Source: Lytechinus pictus | Taxonomy: Eukaryota | Direction of reading: 5' to 3' | Assembly: GCF_037042905.1 (NCBI RefSeq) | Contig: NC_087246.1 | Location: forward strand, 66,650,001-66,714,000 | Length of the DNA stretch: 64,000 nucleotides | Shown here: positions 59,750 through 64,000 of the stretch, piece by piece | How the letters are laid out: each line of letters starts with the position of its first letter | Position numbering within the stretch: position 1 is the first letter of the stretch | Made by a program: the position numbers and the translations under genes | The notes under the pieces: model-generated | Databases searched by the model: none | What the model was told of the DNA's origin: nothing | Seen by the model: the letters and a program-made list of their open reading frames with translations, nothing else

Positions 59750-60222
59750 TCAGTATGAAACGTTGTTTAATGTTTTTTACCTTTTTTCAAATATTTCTTC
59801 TGTACATTTGTTAAAACTTTTTTTTGTTATTAATGGAAATTATTGGCAATAATTTTCCAATCATTAACAATAAATAAAAATAATGATACAGATACAAATT
59901 TTGGCAAGAACTCACATTGGGCTTATACATGAAATCTTTGTTTTTGAGCAATTCAAAGTCCAATAATATGCACTTGTGGTGTATATTATAACCGAATACC
60001 CATGCATGCATCCCAAAAATAGTCTTGAACGATATGGCATGGTCCTGTCGTGTTTATGGATTTCTCATATAAATTTTTGAGGGGGCCATTAAGGTCTCCT
60101 GGGATTGTTAGGGTTAAGGTTTGCTAGCTGATTATCTTATACTGTTTAAAGTACTTTTCTTCATCTTAACGAAGCACAAAGTTTCACCTGATTTCATGTG
60201 TACCTCAAGAGTATGATGACAG

Positions 60223-61517
60223 CAGTGGCGTAGCTAGGATTTTTTTCGTGGGGGGGCACTGGGGGGGTCCTTGCTTTTTCAGGGGGGGCACCATTTTTTC
60301 CGGTGTGTGTGTATGTGTCACAAGGGCGGTGTTTCCGACTTTCGCCAATAGGGGACGGTGCCCGAAATTATCTCCACCTATATTTTCCCCAATCAGTCAC
60401 TTCTTAGTTTTATTCTTATAAAACAACATAAACATGAAATATTCTCATAAGCCTTATAAAAAGTGCGAGCGCGAAGCGCGAGCGATTTTTTTTTTTACTT
60501 TCATGTATTTTGTCCTGAAAATTTGATATTCTGGGCAATCATTTATGTGTGATCGTGAACAAGATTCGTATGTAACTAGATGGTTACTGCGAACGCCAAG
60601 CGCAGGCAGAAATTTTTTATTAACTGTTCTAGCATTATCGAAAAGGGACATGTTAAGGACTGCTTACAGTTACCCACGAAGACCGTATATATTTCAATAA
60701 TGCGAGCGCGAAGCGCGAGCAATTTTTTTTGACATTCCGACCTAAAAATTGTCATTCTAAGCACTTTTTGTATTAATAAATGGGATAGGTATGTAACTAA
60801 ACAATTGATGCAAGCGCGAATAGGATATAGTTAATTGGGTATCATTAATAATGCCATCGTGAAGCGTGAGCAGACAATTATTGATATTCTGATGTGAAAC
60901 TGGATAATTTAAGTACATTTTAAATAAAGAACATGCAGGCTATCGCGCATGTTTTAGATTTAGACCTAGAATCTGGGCAGTCCGAATACAGTTGTTTAAT
61001 GGAACATTATGGAATACACGTAGACAATATGAACTTGGCAAATCAAACAATGAGACCACGCAGCGTGAGCTTTAAATGCTGATATGTAGACCATAAAACG
61101 GACCATTTACAGAGCACTATTAAATCTGTAAAAAAAAAAAAAAATGAAAGCTCGATGTCCGAGCTAAAATATGTTTTGTATATTGACTTCAAAACTTGCT
61201 CCAAATCAGCCTATTGAGCAAGATATGAATCTCATCGAACAGGCAATTCTGGCGCGAAGCGCAAGCAAAAATTTTATATGGTAACATGAAAGATGTTTTA
61301 TTTGCAAGTCTTCCCCTCACATTATTTCATTCACTAGTCTTCCTCCTCTTATTTTCCTCTTCTTTTTTTCTTCTGTCTTTCTTCTTTTTTCCTTTTTTTT
61401 AATTCTTTCTCCCTTTTTTTCTTTTTTTTGCTCTGCCAATTTTTTCAGGGGGGCACACCAAATCTCAGGGGGGGCACGTGCCCCCCCAGGCCCCCCCCCC
61501 CCATAGCTACGCCACTG
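60223..61517. mobile_element. Non-autonomous hAT-type DNA transposon, related to 13495-14660
   Basis: TIR CAGTGGCGTAGCTA/TAGCTACGCCACTG, exact 8-bp TSD GATGACAG (60215-60222 and 61518-61525), repeated GCGAGCGCGAAGCGCGAGC. Confidence 0.85.
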
Positions 61518-61654
61518 GATGACAGTCTATTTGTAAAATTCCATTTCATTCAAGCACTACCATTACATATACATGTATTTGAGCTCATTTTAAATAGTGT
61601 TTCTTTCCCTGTCCAAAAAGTGAGCACAACACTCAGATATGTTTGTTAGACGTC

Positions 61655-61945
61655 TATGTCGCGTTCGTCTTGGTATCGATCGGCCATTTTGTTTTCAATT
61701 TTGACAGAAGGAGAACGAACAAGACAGAACTTTTCCTTATTTGAGGGTCCAGTTTGTGCCTCGATTCTGTGTCACGATAGACCTTCATCCATATAATCGA
61801 GGTAAGTGCATAATTTATTTTTCCCCTTTCATTTGGAGTGCTATTGCAACCCAATTCTACCCCATTTTGGAGAGTATATGTTTGACTAGTATTACACGGA
61901 CGAGTCCTGGGCTCCGGCCCGCCAACGGGCCGGAGCTCCCTGGGT
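61655..61945. mobile_element. Partial right end of the 16335-17756 element family
   Basis: gagggtccagtttgtgcctcgat...cacgatagaccttcatccatataatcg and terminal cctgggctccggcccgccaacgggccggagctccctggg. Confidence 0.7.
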
Positions 61946-63559
61946 TAGGGTTTCACATGCCAATAATTGTTAAGGGGTGCATTTATGATTATCAGAATAT
62001 GGAAAATACTTGTTTAGGGTGCTTTTCGAGACCCCATGGGCGTGCATGGTATCCACTCGTCAATGGAAGTGCCCCCCCCCCCCCTGGGTAGCGCATGCAC
62101 AGCGCTATATAAGCATAGAGCTATTACAGAAGGAGAACCATCTTCCAATTCCTCTGTTAATCCTTTGTTATCGCTTCCTTCGGGCAAAGGAACGATATAT
62201 CTAACAGCAATCGGCGAGCCACCAGGCGAAAGTTAGAGCCCGCTTACATAACGCGATAAGCCCGCTCAAAAAATCTGTGGTCAGAGATTTTTTGAAGGTC
62301 CCTGCGAGGCACCGCCGTAAACGACGTTCTCCCACGTAACTTCTCTTCGAGCTCAGTTTTTTTTCAAAATCGAAACACGACTTGCTGTACTTCTAACATC
62401 CATATCTCTTCGTACGGATTCCTGATGTACGTCTTTTATGTATGGTTGAACTTCTGAGATGATCCCCTTTGCATACATACCAAATACGTTACAATCTCAT
62501 TCGACTCAACAAAATTACAAACGGAGAAAGTTGGAGATGGTCATTTTAGGTATGTCTGTCTTTCTTCCGTAGTTAAATCTTTCCCTGCTCGTACATGTTT
62601 TAGAAATTATAATAACGTGAAAAAGCATACTTTGAGCTTAATTTTTATGCAAAGATCATTTGCGTGATTACAATGGCCTTGAAAATATACGAATCTGCGG
62701 GGCATTTCTACGTCGATTGATGCATCGTCGAGTATCTTCCGGTGCCCCACGTACTCCTTTTTGTGTAAGTTAAAGGTGAGTGTGACGCTTGAGCTCCGAG
62801 CTCGCGCGCTCAGCTCATTCACACAGTACAGGCCTCAGCTCCGGACCGTTTCGGAAAAATACTAGGATTGACGCACTTGAAGAGATAGATCTCCACCTAA
62901 CTTTATGATATTTCGTTGATTATGATCTGTAAATTTTATTTATATTAATATTACCCATTGGGTCCGAATGACGGCGTTTTAAATTGCATTCGATCAACTT
63001 TCCCAATCAGATTTAGGGCTGATTTATGGGCGGCATGCGCCTGTAAGTGTGAAAGTGCCGTGAGGGGATTAGCAGTGCCGCGCATGGGGCAAAGCGTTCG
63101 AGAGAGTCAGTCCTCCTTCTGTAATAGCTCCATGGTATAAAGATACACAGTGCTGCGATTCCATTCCAGACCCTGTTTTTCACACCGCGCGGGTCTATAT
63201 TTAGATCCATCTAGTGCCCAAGATATCAAGACCTCGTACTATATCCTTACTTAGTCAATTCCTTGGACCCCCATTTCAGAGTTTCATGAGGCACACAAGT
63301 TCACAACATTTATGGTTCCATGAGCCTAATTACAACAGGAAGGCTAAAGATATTCGTTCGACCCAACCCCAGGCCTCTACAAAAAAAGTGTCATCACTTG
63401 CCCTGTCGGGCAAGTGATAAAAAATTTGCTTGCCCGATAGAAAAAACTGCTTGCCCGATTTTTTTTCAAAAATTATTTTGCTCTTAATTATTCTTTTCTG
63501 TCCTGGTTGAACTTGATTTACTGGCGCTGGCCTCGGCATTTCTTTTTCTTGACTCTTGT

Positions 63560-63900
63560 TCAAGTTGTTCTGGTCGCCGATCGCGACGACAAAAGTCGCC
63601 TATTTTAGTCTGACGACTCATTGTTTATTTGGTTTGAAGTTGAAGCCGAGTCCTGGCCGAGTCAGTCCGAAGCTTGCATGCATTCAGCGCAATCTAGCTC
63701 GAGAGTCGGCTGGCTCACGATTGCTCGTGTACGTATGTACATGTACTGTAGCGCCGATGTATTAGAGCATGCGCTAAGAGGGCGAGAGAGGGGTTTCCCC
63801 AGCTAGGTTCTTCGTCGATTAGTAGCGCATGCGCACAGTATAGTTTAGAAAGTAAGATGGCAGCCCCCATCGAACGGGACCGTTGGCGATAAATTGTCGG
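63560..63900. promoter_or_regulatory. CpG-rich promoter-like region, with a probable first exon of a + strand gene ending at ~63899
   Basis: NRF1-like GCGCATGCGC (63825-63834) and GCATGCGC (63766), YY1-like AAGATGGCAGC (63854-63864), donor-like TCG|GTAAAT. Confidence 0.5.
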
Positions 63901-64000
63901 TAAATTGGCGCTGATTTGACACGTTTCCACTGTTTTTTGACTGGTATGACATTTTGTATGAGAGATAATTGGCTGATAATTACAATTTATCGAAAAATTA

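Noticed and set aside
1-64000. Prokaryotic defence or operon-type system
   Set aside because: Spliceosomal introns, SINEs, LINEs and metazoan genes show this is animal nuclear DNA; no bacterial-like gene cluster is present.

Overview
AT-rich, intron-rich animal genomic DNA. The repeat families resemble those of an echinoid (sea urchin); this is inference only. Genes: (1) the 3' part of a large + strand exon with two C2H2 zinc fingers (1-1032); (2) a complete 3-exon CFAP90/C5orf49-like ciliary gene on the - strand (9142-10737, 142 aa) with an X-box-like promoter; (3) a complete ELMO/CED-12 gene on the + strand (19 coding exons, 19161-38209, 2172 nt, 723 aa, all splice phases consistent by hand); (4) two tandem single-coding-exon asteroid/ASTE1-like paralogs on the - strand (49853-51928 and 55048-57192); (5) a probable promoter at the right edge. 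The window is dense in non-autonomous DNA transposons (hAT, Tc1/mariner, TTAA/Kolobok-like, MULE-like, Helentron-associated HINEs), tRNA-derived SINEs and L2 fragments. Most notable: the last ~24 codons of ELMO, covering the proline-rich tail and stop, are amplified into a ~21-copy 77-bp array. Each intact unit is a 26-aa mini-ORF joined to the previous one by an ATGA stop/start overlap. Also notable: a very recent Penelope-like insertion with 303-bp inverted arms carrying minimal hammerhead ribozyme motifs, a second unrelated hammerhead motif upstream of CFAP90, three decayed local duplications of ELMO exon ends, and apparent gene conversion plus motif loss between the ASTE1 paralogs.
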